A DNA stretch of 64,000 nucleotides, taken from assembly GCA_051294905.1 (NCBI GenBank), contig CM119371.1, positions 25,856,001 through 25,920,000 of the forward strand, read 5' to 3'. The notes beneath the pieces were generated by a model. The model did no database searches. It saw nothing but the letters and a program-made list of their open reading frames with translations, and was not told where the DNA came from. The stretch comes from Botryllus schlosseri. Taxonomy: Eukaryota. Below are positions 49,901-60,920 of the stretch, piece by piece. A program made the position numbers and the translations under genes. Within the stretch, counting starts at the first letter, position 1; each line of letters opens with the position of its first letter.

Positions 49901-52476
49901 CTTACGATCAAGCCGTTTCTTCAATTCAAGGGCTTCCTTCATCTCGGGGAACAAGGAAGCGTACTGCTTGAAAGAGAACTTATTCAAGCCCAAATCACTG
50001 GCATTCTTCCCAAGACACGTTTCCATTTGGAACTCTCGGACCAGGTGAACAGAGTAGCCCAGGGCATTTTCCAGTATCCACCTGAAAGATTTTCCCTCGA
50101 ATTTTCCAAACTGCATTCTGTACTGACCAATTACATGTCTCTGGTCTGATACATTGCCCCCTGCGTCAGCGACAGCTTTCATGGCATTTCTTTTCACCTC
50201 TTGAGGTGGGAGGCACATACCAGTTGATTGCGTCCTTTGAGCAAAGAACGTCTTAGCCTCCTTGGAATCAGCGAGGCGTAATTCTCCGTTCGGTATTCTC
50301 GTAAATCTGGGTAACATCTTGACAGATTATACCCCGCAAGTATATCCAATCCAATCCAATGTAACAGTAAATCCAATCCAATGTATCCGTATAAGTAATA
50401 ATGATAATATATCCAATCCACGTTTTCCAATCAGTTGAGTAGGTTATAAATAGGCTTTTACGCTGAGAAAAAATAAATCGCTCATCAGAAATCAAAATGT
50501 TTAGGCCTTCTACATGAGAACATGTGTGAAAAGATATACCGGTACTCTTCAACACCAACGCATACGGCGGTTACAGAACGAACACAGCGGTAAATTTCAC
50601 AAACACAGAAATGAATGAGATGCGCATAAACACACGACATACTCGTAAGAGAGCTGAGAAACCATTACTAGGATACAAAGTGAACTACACAGATGCTCAC
50701 AGCTGAAGAATACTATAAACATTGTTAACGTAATACACCAATCAACATGACAGCAGTAAGAGATGGTGAACTATGCCTGGAATTTATAGAGAGGCTTACT
50801 GATTGCTTCTTTCTGTTATCAGAAGAAGATTGGAGCCTTTTGAAAAAAGCAAAAATAGCTGAAATGCTAGCAGAGTTCATTCCAAACCATCGGAGAAAGA
50901 CGTGATTCAACGCATTACGGAGAAAGAGATAGGTCTGCATTGTCGCCGAATAACTAGAAAACTTGAAATTATCAAGTCGCTTGTTTACGATTTGATCAAA
51001 ATGTTTGCGAGCCCGAAGGGTAATGACACGCATGGAGTTCCCTTCTTTCGGAATGGAATTATGTCCTGCTCCTGCCATGATCGGACAATACACTGGTGAG
51101 CTCATCGGTGTGGAGTAACTATACAGCCAATCTGGAAATCCTTTGTTTCCGTTATTGGATGAAAATGGGCAAGCGATTCTGTCCAATCGGGATGAAAGCC
51201 AGGAAATGGAAGACGAAGGCATTGGCCTGACAGAGTGTGTGACTGTTGGCGATGGAGATATTCTGACAAATGATACCGTTTTGGTCCCGCTTGAAGATAG
51301 AAGCACAAGTTCATCCTCGGACCAAGTGGTCAGCAATGACGAACCTGTTGATAACGAGATAACCCCCGCTGAAGCTTCAGTAAGGCCTGATGACATTCCA
51401 CGAAATGAAAAAGCTTCAAAAATGTGCATTGACACGTGACTCGGAGCAAAATTTACGAGTCGATTTCAAGTCATTAAGTAAGCAGAGCACAGGCTTCTTT
51501 CTTGTGGAAATGTAAGGTGTAATTCCCCATTTAGTCGTCTAGTAGATGCAGACATCGCCAAAAATAGGCAAAGGAATCCAAGCAGCTACGGTAGTCTAAA
51601 CCTACAAAACATGCCTGTAAATATATACCGGTGTTAATTTTCACTAAGTCAACTAAACACATCTTTTATTTCATTATACCTGCCTGGCCTGCCGATGTTG
51701 ATTAGGCTTTTGATTACCTTTAACTGTTAGCTATATCCTATGTTACATTGAACAGTACATCCCACTATACTCGTATTTTACAAACTATCATCAAATACTT
51801 AGTTCAGATTGTTAGAAAAAGCCAGAGAACGCCTTACGAATATATTCACCGGTACATAACCTCCGGTAGTCAAAACTGGTCTTTTACCATTGCTGTGATG
51901 TTTGGTAAGATGGGCGGCGTCACGTTTGTCTAATGAACACTCAAAACGCTTCATTATTAATGCACCTACCACTACTTCAACAGTGCAATGCAGCCTAAAT
52001 ACGAGCCTAGAGACGAAGTTTCTACTGGCCTTAACTTGTCACAGATACAGTAATCTAATAATGTCTAACATGCTGATGCTGTCTGTCTTCAACTATACTG
52101 TACCATTTTTCTACTACAATACTTTCTTTACTGCCTTGCATTGCCTAACAGTATCACCACACAAGACACAAGAAACAAGACTCTCGGCGTCAAAATGCGA
52201 ATACAATACTCAGAATCAGATACAGGCGAGAGTGAGTACGGCAAGCACAATTAGAAAAGCTTCTGGCTTCTGATTGGTTGTCTCTAGTGCGCGGAAAGAT
52301 ACAGTCCCGGACGAGAAAATCCGAACAATTAGAAGAGCTTCTGGCTTCTGATTGGTTGTCTGTAGTGAGCAGAAAGATACAGCCCCGGACGAGAACATCC
52401 GAACAATTAGAAGAGCTTCTGGCTTCTGATTGGCCGCTGAAATCAGACAGCAGCAGAGAAGATCGGCAGGTCATCA
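43984..52476 (-). mobile_element. Autonomous Dada-type transposon, copy 2 (head-to-tail tandem)
   Basis: Repeat of copy 1 at offset 8499 with identical ORF translations; separated from copy 1 by the hexamer TCAGGT (43978-43983) and followed by TCAGGT (52477-52482). Confidence 0.92.
46559..50317 (-). CDS. Dada-family DDE transposase, second identical copy
   Basis: Translation identical to 38060-41818 in the ORF track. Confidence 0.92.
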   Translation of the reverse strand: MLPRFTRIPNGELRLADSKEAKTFFAQRTQSTGMCLPPQEVKRNAMKAVADAGGNVSDQRHVIGQYRMQFGKFEGKSFRWILENALGYSVHLVREFQMETCLGKNASDLGLNKFSFKQYASLFPEMKEALELKKRLDRKPKIPVRKKPTIKSTATDKACSSKSLKTVTTQSSKTASSSSVMAPEDMPSDDDAAICSVADAVEEAQTSSGTPSQKSPALCCCSATLSDCVLPKGWRESLPISDHAWISKAIFKTNVKTAKAEMDFSRVVKLWWHPPQASLICTGVPRPSRYFAQALFLWMPRKLWKCKLTCIKPACQKELTSAGIYKKVRQVVDVDGYYNMATEYLECTSCGIKVAAWNNAILQQLDIGHRLQFPALLTYRYACDVRVIRALRERTLGNSSTRLFNTLSEQHTEKFYQNVLHYITDCGYSKEAYEKGMLATCPQFTQPPEFKPVPTAQWLLTVYVQDILSRLDEIKSSITSTFGSIIKMDSTKKVTKKLVGEAQNTCAWATNVGNEHGQVLMSVLTCAEGNGLAHMAAGLTKRYTDAEVCPPEVLYVDRGCCGSEHTHLRKLFKEWPNLIIRLDVWHCMRRFARGCTTESHQLYAEFMARLSQCFFVLSEEDWSLLRKAKRAEMLAEHISNPSEKDVIRRLSKREISLHCRRTTRDPATLRSLVYNLLKIFASSRGNDTLGVPLLDSRRIWDIWENEQKHLGCIKDPENVSLYTQTGTLVKGGVTLPVYRCARGSTSLESFHLHLNRFIPGQCASAAHFQAYLLEGLYRWNKDRAANAIAADSSNRLRSYSSLLSKAVHSLGMKTLGTELCPAPAEMGKYTGELIGVEYLYRQTGTPLLPLPDADDEDAREMLSKHDDSLEDEGVDLTEDMTICDTSILATDINFAEPEHTAANESSDRVVSNTEPDDMISKAESTVQGSVGPNNVPGYEKVSALADCLLTHRDCTGCLSEAEAAHIITLWNDLLPYDKQAITFRPMYRKGNPGGRFKSAKPQKCTTPGVVATQKCFVGSSSGPAQRPDCNRYVEETISRLCDVYPSMKSYGSKGNRWSCVGSAYKNIRRCVLNNRAVMTESRIQLPELNQKTILDWYKKQQTRMENDVLKQGLPVQSQPATVETVPPPKEKPATLPTAAFQQKYIYILPRNTTATAKVRSATNPTESPVPATTQHYRKRRAEEEATGSACRRKYKPRAGPSTCSKCKKPKTADTHKTYYGNSLCLATATVSHAVWLEALKAKGYGPRAKKRE

Positions 52477-52482
52477 TCAGGT

Positions 52483-53176
52483 TATCATAATTTGGTGGTT
52501 CTGTACCGCTGGTTTAGGTAACTCTTCTCGACGACGAGTGTATTTCCTGCGGCTAATCATGAAAGTGCGTGATCCTCGGCCTGCGTGGCGTACCGGTAAG
52601 AACGCAGTGCCGGCAGCCGTTGTGACAATTCCCGGCGTCATTCACCTGCCAATATGTGCGACTCGCGACAAAGGCAACGAATCGAGTTATGTAGCGTTAA
52701 TTTAGGTATTTCGTCTCTGCGAGGAGCGTATTACCTGCAGTTAATGATCCTCGGACTGAGTCGGCTGTAAGTAGCACAGCACACCGTTCCGACAGGAACG
52801 CAGTGCCGGCCGCCATTTAAAAACTAACGGTGTCATTTACCTGGCGATATATGCGAGTCGCGACAAAGGCAACGAATCGAATTCACTTGAATGCACAAAT
52901 ATATATACTATTTGAACGATTTTGCATGATATATCCATGTGCTATCGGCTAGGAACGGTACTGATAGGCTCGAAGAGGTGCCAAATCTATTTTTTTTCAT
53001 TCCGAAGGAAATATTAAAAACAATTTAATTGTTCACACGGGTTTCGAGGTTGACTACGTCGAATTTGTTACGGCATTGTGACGTCATCTGCTCACCGTAA
53101 ATATTATTATTTTATTTTTCGTCCATATAAATTATTACGTGAACATGCTCAAAACGTACTCGCTTCGGCGGTACAC

Positions 53177-53212
<36 letters not shown>

Positions 53213-54038
53213 GGCCCCTGCGCAAGGATGACACGCAAAATCGTGAAGCGTCCAATCTTTTTTGTTTTTCCTGCAACGAGCATAAAAATTGGGCCTAAAT
53301 ATAGGACAGAAACAAATAAAAAAATATTTTTTAATGCGCAAAAATATTTAGCAGGCAAAACGATCCAGCGGTAGGCGTCGAAGTAGTGGCATAACGTCGG
53401 TACTGTTGTTTTTCTATTTATGTTTCGTTACTCATGCTATCGGGTACGCAATATGCTTCGGATTGCGTCGAAGTAGCCATCGTTGGTTGTCACGTAGAAG
53501 TAGAAGTGACGCCGTATATTTCAACTCCGTTACAAACAGAAGGTGCGCTTTCCAAAATCCCTCGTGGCATTGTTAATTGGTACAGATTTCGAAAATATAT
53601 TCACTTGCCGTTCTATACGGGGACTAGCTATTTGATCCGATATCTATGACAATGTCACTCGTAAAACTATTTCTACTTAACGCTCGCAACTCGCTAAAGT
53701 ACTTAGTTTTGCCTGGACTGTAGGGTAGATGCGAATGTTTCAACTTGGATTCCGCTAGTGATCCTATTGGAAAGCTATGCAACAAGCTCAAATGCGACGC
53801 ATAGCTGCTGGCTAGATCTAGACTTGAAATACTGTTGTCTGTATGTAGGTTTATCATTTCAGTTGAAATACGTGAGAAATATGAAGCGTTCAAGCCCTCA
53901 AGTTTCCGTCATAAACTCTATAACCTACCGATAATTATCATGAATGCAGAGCGCTTATGCTGATAATCACATCGGTAATACATTCGATTTAATACAGCAA
54001 ACCTAGCGGTATCAACAGAGAAGATCCGCCACTATCCT
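52483..54038 (+). mobile_element. U6-carrying unit lacking its first ~625 bp; last unit of the array
   Basis: Matches 32557-34111 (one extra T in a homopolymer); similarity ends exactly at ...CACTATCCT (54038), then unique sequence follows. Confidence 0.85.
53156..53263 (+). ncRNA. U6: U6 snRNA gene, intact
   Basis: Same sequence as 33229-33336, with the same upstream promoter. Confidence 0.97.
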
Positions 54039-54473
54039 GTGCGCAGGTGCTGGAATAATATATTCTCAGAAATGATATTATGTGTATCGCAAATTTAACA
54101 TGACCTCAAAAGAAGATCGGAGTATTTATACAATATAAACAGAAGTTTATGCAAGCGCGATACCCGACCTCGGGGAATACGAATTTTGAAAGGTGTTGGT
54201 TGCTATCGCAGAAAGTCAAAACCGAAATGATGGCATGGGATTTTGGATTGAATACTGCAATAAATTTATTTCTATCGGGACTTTATTCTTAGAAACACCG
54301 ATTCGTGAGTGTTTTAGCTATATGCGTCCTGTATATATGCACTTGCAGTTAGGTACAAAATTATTCTCAAACTTCAGTCGCAAACTCATTCCTTTTGTTG
54401 AAGAATCTACTAAAAAAACATTTCTGCTTCCGTGTCGTGGTTAATACAATACGTAGGACCGATAAATAATTGA

Positions 54474-55069
54474 CAGGGTTGTAATGACTCGAGTCATGAC
54501 TCGACTCGAGTCAGACTCGTTTCACGATTTTCTGATGACTCGACTTGACTCGAGTCATTTTCTCAAAATACGGAAATGACTCGACTCGACTCGAGTCAAT
54601 CTGTGTATCTACTCGACTTGGACTCGAGTCATTGCGCATGACTCGAACCAAGTCATATGACTCGGGACTCAGACGGCCAACACCGACATTTCATTGTAAT
54701 TTCGAAGAACAGTGAAGTAACCACCCTATTGGGATTTCGTCTATTGGTACTGGTACTTAGTAATGCGACCAGAAACTGCTAAAAGTGAGGGAAATTAGTA
54801 TATTATGAATGCGAACCATTCGATATCACCAAAAAGAGTTATAAAAGTGGGTTTTACAAGACTTTAACTGGAAACTCAGCAGTCAACACAATGACTTGGA
54901 CTCGGACTCGAGTCATAATACCATGACTCGGTCTCGAACCTCTGCTCGAGGACTTGAACTCGGACTTGACTCGGTGGTGAATTAAAAATGACTCGACTTG
55001 ACTCGAGTCGAAACTATAAAAGTGGGATTGACTTGTGACTCGGAGCTTTGTGACTCGGTTACAACTCTG
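54474..55069. mobile_element. Non-autonomous DNA transposon with GACTC/GAGTC subterminal repeats
   Basis: TIR CAGGGTTGTAA / TTACAACTCTG; perfect TSD ATAATTGA. Confidence 0.88.
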
Positions 55070-57224
55070 ATAATTGATCCATTGCTGCAATTTGAAACAC
55101 CACTTTTAACCGAACATCCTAATTATTGGCACAATTTTTCAAAGTATGAGCCGCTGAATAAAGCAACCGAATTATAAATTGTCAATAAGTTTTATTGATG
55201 TCGCCGAGAGAATGTAAAGTTTCACACAGTAACACAGTAAGCCATATGCTGAAGCGTATCTGAAGGTATTGTGATTATGATTCCGACTGCATAGCACGTC
55301 ATGTATCTAACGCAACTGATCATAAATTCAAATCTCCGCAAGACAGTTTCTCGTGAAAAGCCAACACACCTTGCAGTGAGCAATAACTGCTCAAATACTT
55401 CGTAGTTCTCACAGCACACAATGGACCGCGCTTACCAAGGTTACTAACGACTGCTAAATTAGTCCATTGATCGGCAGGATCAACATTGTCACGTAGCAAT
55501 GGACTTTTCCGGAAAAGATGAATAAATAGTAGCCTAATGGACAACCGTAAATTGCCCTGACCAAGTCAATTCTGCATTTTTATTTTTATTGCGAATTTAG
55601 CTGCTTGATTTATCAATCGTACGCTACGCAGCAGTTGCCTTCTAAACCTACACCACCACCATTTGCTCTCAGCGCCCCCCAACCGCCCGATTTTATATCC
55701 AACGCTCCCAATCGCCCATTTCATGACCCACTTTTGAATTGGAAACCACTGGTACGGACAGTAGGAAGAGGTAGGCTACACGTACGAATTGCGAATGCAT
55801 CGCGAATGTACTTTGGCTTCGCAGAGCGGAACACTTCACCATTAACTGCGTGCATTGACGCGATATTTCAAAAGACGCAGTAATTCCAATATAGATCTAG
55901 CCAGCATCTATGCGCCGAATTGGTTGTCGTTGCATAGCTTCCCGATGGCATTGGTATCACTATCGGGCCCAAACTAACGGCGCAGAAAGGTGGTTGGCGA
56001 TTACGCCTTTGCACAAAATGATAGACGCATATCTTCGCAGAAATCTTCGATAGTTGGATGTCCGAGCGCCGAATAATCCTGTAATTGCCAAAGATTCCAG
56101 CGGCATAACAGAGACGACCCGCAATATATTCAAAATGACATTAGTATTGGCCGAACTCATTCATTACCTTGATGAAAATATTTCGCGCTTGGCGCGGTTA
56201 GTTCATGGGTGCACTATGCACACTGACTTTTCGTGACATTACCTTTAACGATTTTGATGCCTGGTACTATACGTCTGTTTTCATCGATACCTAATCCGGT
56301 TAGCTCGTATCGGACGACTAAAAAAGTCATCATCATGCAAGTGGCCCGCGCAGTGGTTCGCGAATCGCATGTAGCCCTTGGCCGAAGAGGTTGTTAGCCC
56401 CTGTTGTACATCCCCGCATTACTTCCTCAACTGTTCGAATCAGCCTAGTTCTGCTTTAGTTTTTAAGCAAAACTAAGACTATGATAGGCTACTTACTTTG
56501 AAATCACTACTCAACACTAGCACTTGACGCGAAATCAACATCGTTCCATCTACTTCTACTAAGTAACAAGGATAACTTTTAACCACAGCTGCCATACACC
56601 AGCCCTACATCCAGCAGTCTTTCATCTATCGACCCATTGAAATGCGTTATTTATTAGTAAAATAAGATCGACCTTTTCCCACAGAAGCAGCACAGTGCTG
56701 AAACGAATAATGCAATTTCCACGCAGTACTGGCAAGGGGAACCGCAACGGATGCAGAACTTAAAGAGCAATGCAGTTTAGAATAAGGAAATGCATTAAAA
56801 TAACCTGACAGCCTCAGATGTAGAAGATTACCATCAATAAAGTAATAATATGGAGGACGATATGCCAAACCAAACAGTTATCATCAAACGCACAACACAG
56901 TAAAAAATGAAATGAAGCCAGCAAATTATGTAGCCTACAGAAAAACCTTACAACAATGTAAAGTGTGTAATTGTATCAGTATTTTTTGACATGACAAAAT
57001 ATTGTCAAAATTGTTAATAAAATCTAATTAAAATTGTTAATAAAATCTAATTTATTTGCAACCTGCATTTCGTTTGTATCGTAGATATTTGCGCTGTCAG
57101 TGAACTTATCATTCGACCTTTTTCAGCTTGTAGCCTACTTTATAGGCCTACCATTGAAGACGGCCAATTGTGACTCATAAACGGTCAGATGAAACAAATA
57201 GGTTGACATGGATGTATTCCCAAG

Positions 57225-58494
57225 TAGGGTTAGTTCGGATATCAATAATTTTCACTATCCGGATAACGGATATATCCGGATATTTTGGAATTTATCTAAC
57301 CGGTTAACCGGATAATAACTGCTGAGTGGGACAATCGATTTCATTAGGTATGCATGTAAAACGGATCGCAAAATCATTACACAGTGTTATTGTAGAGTAG
57401 CCTACCTACCTACGCGCGCAGTATGAGCGAATACAAGAAAAACCACGCAAATTTAATGTTCACTGCTTCTGCAATGCCCTCTTTTTAAAGCACAGATGCA
57501 TCAATTGTGGGATCCTGTAGCCGGGACCGGAATTTTGTAACAAAGAGTCCACGTTCATTGAATGCTTTTTCAGCTTCCACAGAAGTGGGCTGAATAGAAA
57601 GCAGCGCTTCGTAGAGAGTCAAAAGGTTGGCATCCTTTTGACCATCCTTATGTTTAGGTTTGGAGTACTAGAAGGACGACTAGCTGATACTGGAATTGAT
57701 GCCTTCATGATACCTCGCTCTAATTCACGTGATCAGGCACGCAGCCAGCCGAAAATGTAGGGGGATTGAAATAAAATCAGGGGGTTTCGATTTTTTTTTC
57801 GAATTAATCATCAGCGGAAATCAATTACGCTTGCACGCACGCACATTTTTGCGAACATTCGATGTCATTCAGTTTCGCGGTGTCTCTCTCAGAATCACTA
57901 ATTAGAATACACTTAACGGCATATCGTCAACAAGCCATCGAGAGATAGGAGCCAATGCATGCTGGCCGCTGGGTCCGAGATGGTTAGGCCAGCGATTATA
58001 TCGTTCGTAGGCCTATTGCAGATGCGATTGTGTAGGTCAACGATAATATCGTGAGCACCAAGCCAATGAAGATGCGATTGTGCAGGCCAGCGATGGAATA
58101 GTGTGTACACTGCACATGGCCTATTGCAGATGCGATTCTTCAATCCAGTGGAACTATCGGCTTGTTGAAGACGCGATAAATCAGGCCAGAGACGATAGCC
58201 GAGCGCGCGGCAATCAATGACCTAATTTAACGATCTTCTCAGCAGGAGATCGCGTCACATTACATTTTGCGATGTGTACAGACGCATCTCGCTAATTGGC
58301 AACACGCTTCTCGTTAATCGGCCGCGCCAACACTGAATACGACTTATTGAAGCTTACTAAAACGTGTAAAATGCATCAGCAACGATTCTTTTTTATCCGG
58401 TTAACCGGCAGAAAAATATCCGGATATCAGATAGTGAAAATACCTGCGGTTAACCGGTTAACCGGTTAACCGTTATCCGGATAATCCAACCCTA
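57225..58494. mobile_element. Non-autonomous DNA transposon with CCGGTTAA/ATCCGG subterminal repeats
   Basis: TIR TAGGGTT / AACCCTA; perfect TSD TTCCCAAG; splits an older repeat that is uninterrupted near 27800-28450. Confidence 0.88.
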
Positions 58495-58545
58495 TTCCCA
58501 AGGTACCGCAATATCCCAACTGAAGCAAGACTGCGTGGGCATTGG

Positions 58546-58794
58546 TTGTCATATCAAGAAGCGCATGATGAAAATTGTAATGTAGACACCATTGTCAGAA
58601 TGAAGCAACGCGGTTTGTCACCAGCAGTGTACGCACAACTTGAGTGTTGCCAGCCAACGACTGCTGCTGTTGAACGTTCTCGTTCATTCTTGGCAAGCTT
58701 CTTAGTATGGACACTGGACAGTCACTTCCTACCCGAGTATGAAGGGAAGTATCTTTCATTGTACTACAACAAACTTCAATTATTTCTACCATAA
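58546..58794 (+). pseudogene. hAT-type transposase C-terminal (dimerisation-like) relic; paralogous relic near 28020-28230
   Basis: CCQPTTAAVERS...FLPE..GKYLSLYYN resembles the P(x)TS(x)(x)VERSFS motif. Confidence 0.6.
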
Positions 58795-59190
58795 TACGAG
58801 ATGTAACTACTGGAATTGTTCATAGGTCGAGATTTCGTTAAAATGCAGTGTTTTTTTTTAGTTTTCAAGACAAACTACTTTGTAAGGACAGACAGTTACA
58901 ACCAGAAACGTAAGATAAGTAGCACAGTTCTAACATTATCTGAGAAAACACCTAATTTACATACATGAAGGCAAAATTTTGTCAAAATCAAGTTTTTCAA
59001 GGTGAAAAAATGTGAAAATTTTGATTTAGGTAAAAAAATAGCCCTACTTATCAGACACCACCGTGGAAGGGTATTGCAAACATTTGGAGCATTGCGTATT
59101 GAGGTTGGAAGAAAATATACAATCAGTCATCATCACGTTAAAACACAGATGAGCAACAAGGCACAGTGTATGTATAGTGTATACTAGTAC

Positions 59191-59851
59191 TAGGGCTCTT
59201 CAAAAATGACTTTTTTTCTCAAATCGCACTGGCTACTTGATAAAATTTTAGCCTACACATCAAATTTGGTTCAATTCCAACCAGTAGTCGCATTGCTACA
59301 GGAGAAGAAAGTTTATATTTATTATATAAAAGTAAATACCAGAAAATTTGAAAATTTTCTGTTCACCCCATGAAAGTGTTAGGTTGTATATAGAAACGAT
59401 GTTCACCAAATTTTGTTCAATCCCAACCAGTAGTCGCATTGCTACAGGAGAAGAAAGTTTCTATTTATTATACAAAAATAAATACCAAAAATTCTGAAAA
59501 TTTTCTGTTCACCCCATGAAAGTGTTAGGTTGTATATAGAAACGATGCTCACCAAATTTGGCTCAATTCCAACTAGTGGAAGTGGATTTATTGCTGTCGG
59601 AAAATTTGGATTATGAATAAAATAGTATTCACGGTGCCCAATTCTTTAATTATTTATTATAGTGGTGCCCACCGTAAATACTATTTTATTCAAATCCAAA
59701 TTTTTCGACCTAACACAACCTGTAGTAATGTGGCTGGCTACTGGTTGGAATTGAACCAAATTTGGCGTGTAGGTTTAAATTAGGTAACCGAACAATTTTA
59801 TTAAGTAGCCAGTACGATTTGAGGAAAAAAAGTCATTTTTGAAGAGCCCTA
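59191..59851. mobile_element. Foldback/MITE with long TIRs and an internal tandem duplication; relatives near 8617-8810 and 63690-64000
   Basis: TAGGGCTCTTCAAAAATGACTTTTTTT...TCAAATCG at the left end is mirrored at the right end. Confidence 0.8.
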
Positions 59852-59893
59852 ATGTGTACTCATCAGTACCGTGTACCGACGTGGGAGGACGTT

Positions 59894-60330
59894 TCATAAG
59901 TTTTGAACAGCAACCGACTCGCATTTCTTCGCGCGCCTGCCGTACCCTTTCTCTTTCAGCGCTTGCAGCCAGACTTCGTGGCTGACGGCCGACGCGGCCG
60001 CACAGTACACGTTACCATAATACTGCTTATGCGCGTCGGCAGTCCTGGGCTTGTCGCACTGGTTGCATATCGAAAGTCCAGTTCTGGGTCTGTATTTCTT
60101 GCGATGCGCGAGACCGGCCGCTTCTTGGGCAGCTCGTTTTCTCCGCCGCGGCAATATTATTGGTTTGGCGGTGGGCGGCGTGCCGCGCGGCAAAATGAAC
60201 ACAAACCGCCGTTCGATTCCGGGAGTCGCCAGCGTTGCGGGCTTCTGTTCGCAAGACCGCGATGTTTCCACGGCTGTCGATGAATGTGGAATCGGAACCT
60301 GTTTCGGGACGTCTGCTTCGCTTCGACACC
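59894..60330 (-). pseudogene. Relic of a different Dada transposase (C-terminal part)
   Basis: RKKYRPRTGLSICNQCDKPRTADAHKQYYGNVYCAAASAVSHEVWLQALKEKGYGRRAKK aligns with the 1252-aa C-terminus RRKYKPRAGPSTCSKCKKPKTADTHKTYYGNSLCLATATVSHAVWLEALKAKGYGPRAKK. Confidence 0.88.
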
Positions 60331-60920
60331 TCCGTTCCGTATGCCTGACAACAGAAAAAGGTCAAAAAAGCTCCTCCTCGTCACATGATCAGCGTAAGCC
60401 AGGGGTGACCACCAGAGGTCATATTTTGCGACCCGCGACGCGATTTGAGATGTCGGAAGACAGCTAAGAAAACATTTTGAAATGCTGCGATTGACGCGCG
60501 ATGGCCCGAACACTGCCAAGACCGAGACGCTTTGAAAACAGCTTAGTGCAGTGGTTCTGAAACTGGGGGGCGTAAAAGCATCAGAAGGAAGCGCGGAGCT
60601 GCGGTCAACTTAAAATTTCTTCTCGCGATTTACTTCGAATTCATAGTTATTGACATTGCCCTGTGTATGATCAGGAATTCGTACTATAGAATTCTCTCAT
60701 CAAACATCCATTACCATGCCATCAAACTATCCGTTGGGATTGCTGGCGATACGGATGCATTTTGCGATATGACGATAAGGGGGGTGCGAAATTTTTCAGT
60801 ATCATAAAGGGGGCGTGTCTAAAAAGGTTTGAGAACCACTATGGCCACCATTATGGCGGTGTATATGCCGCAAAAACATCAAGGACAAAAAATAAACTAC
60901 GTCCTTTCCTTTCCCCACAG

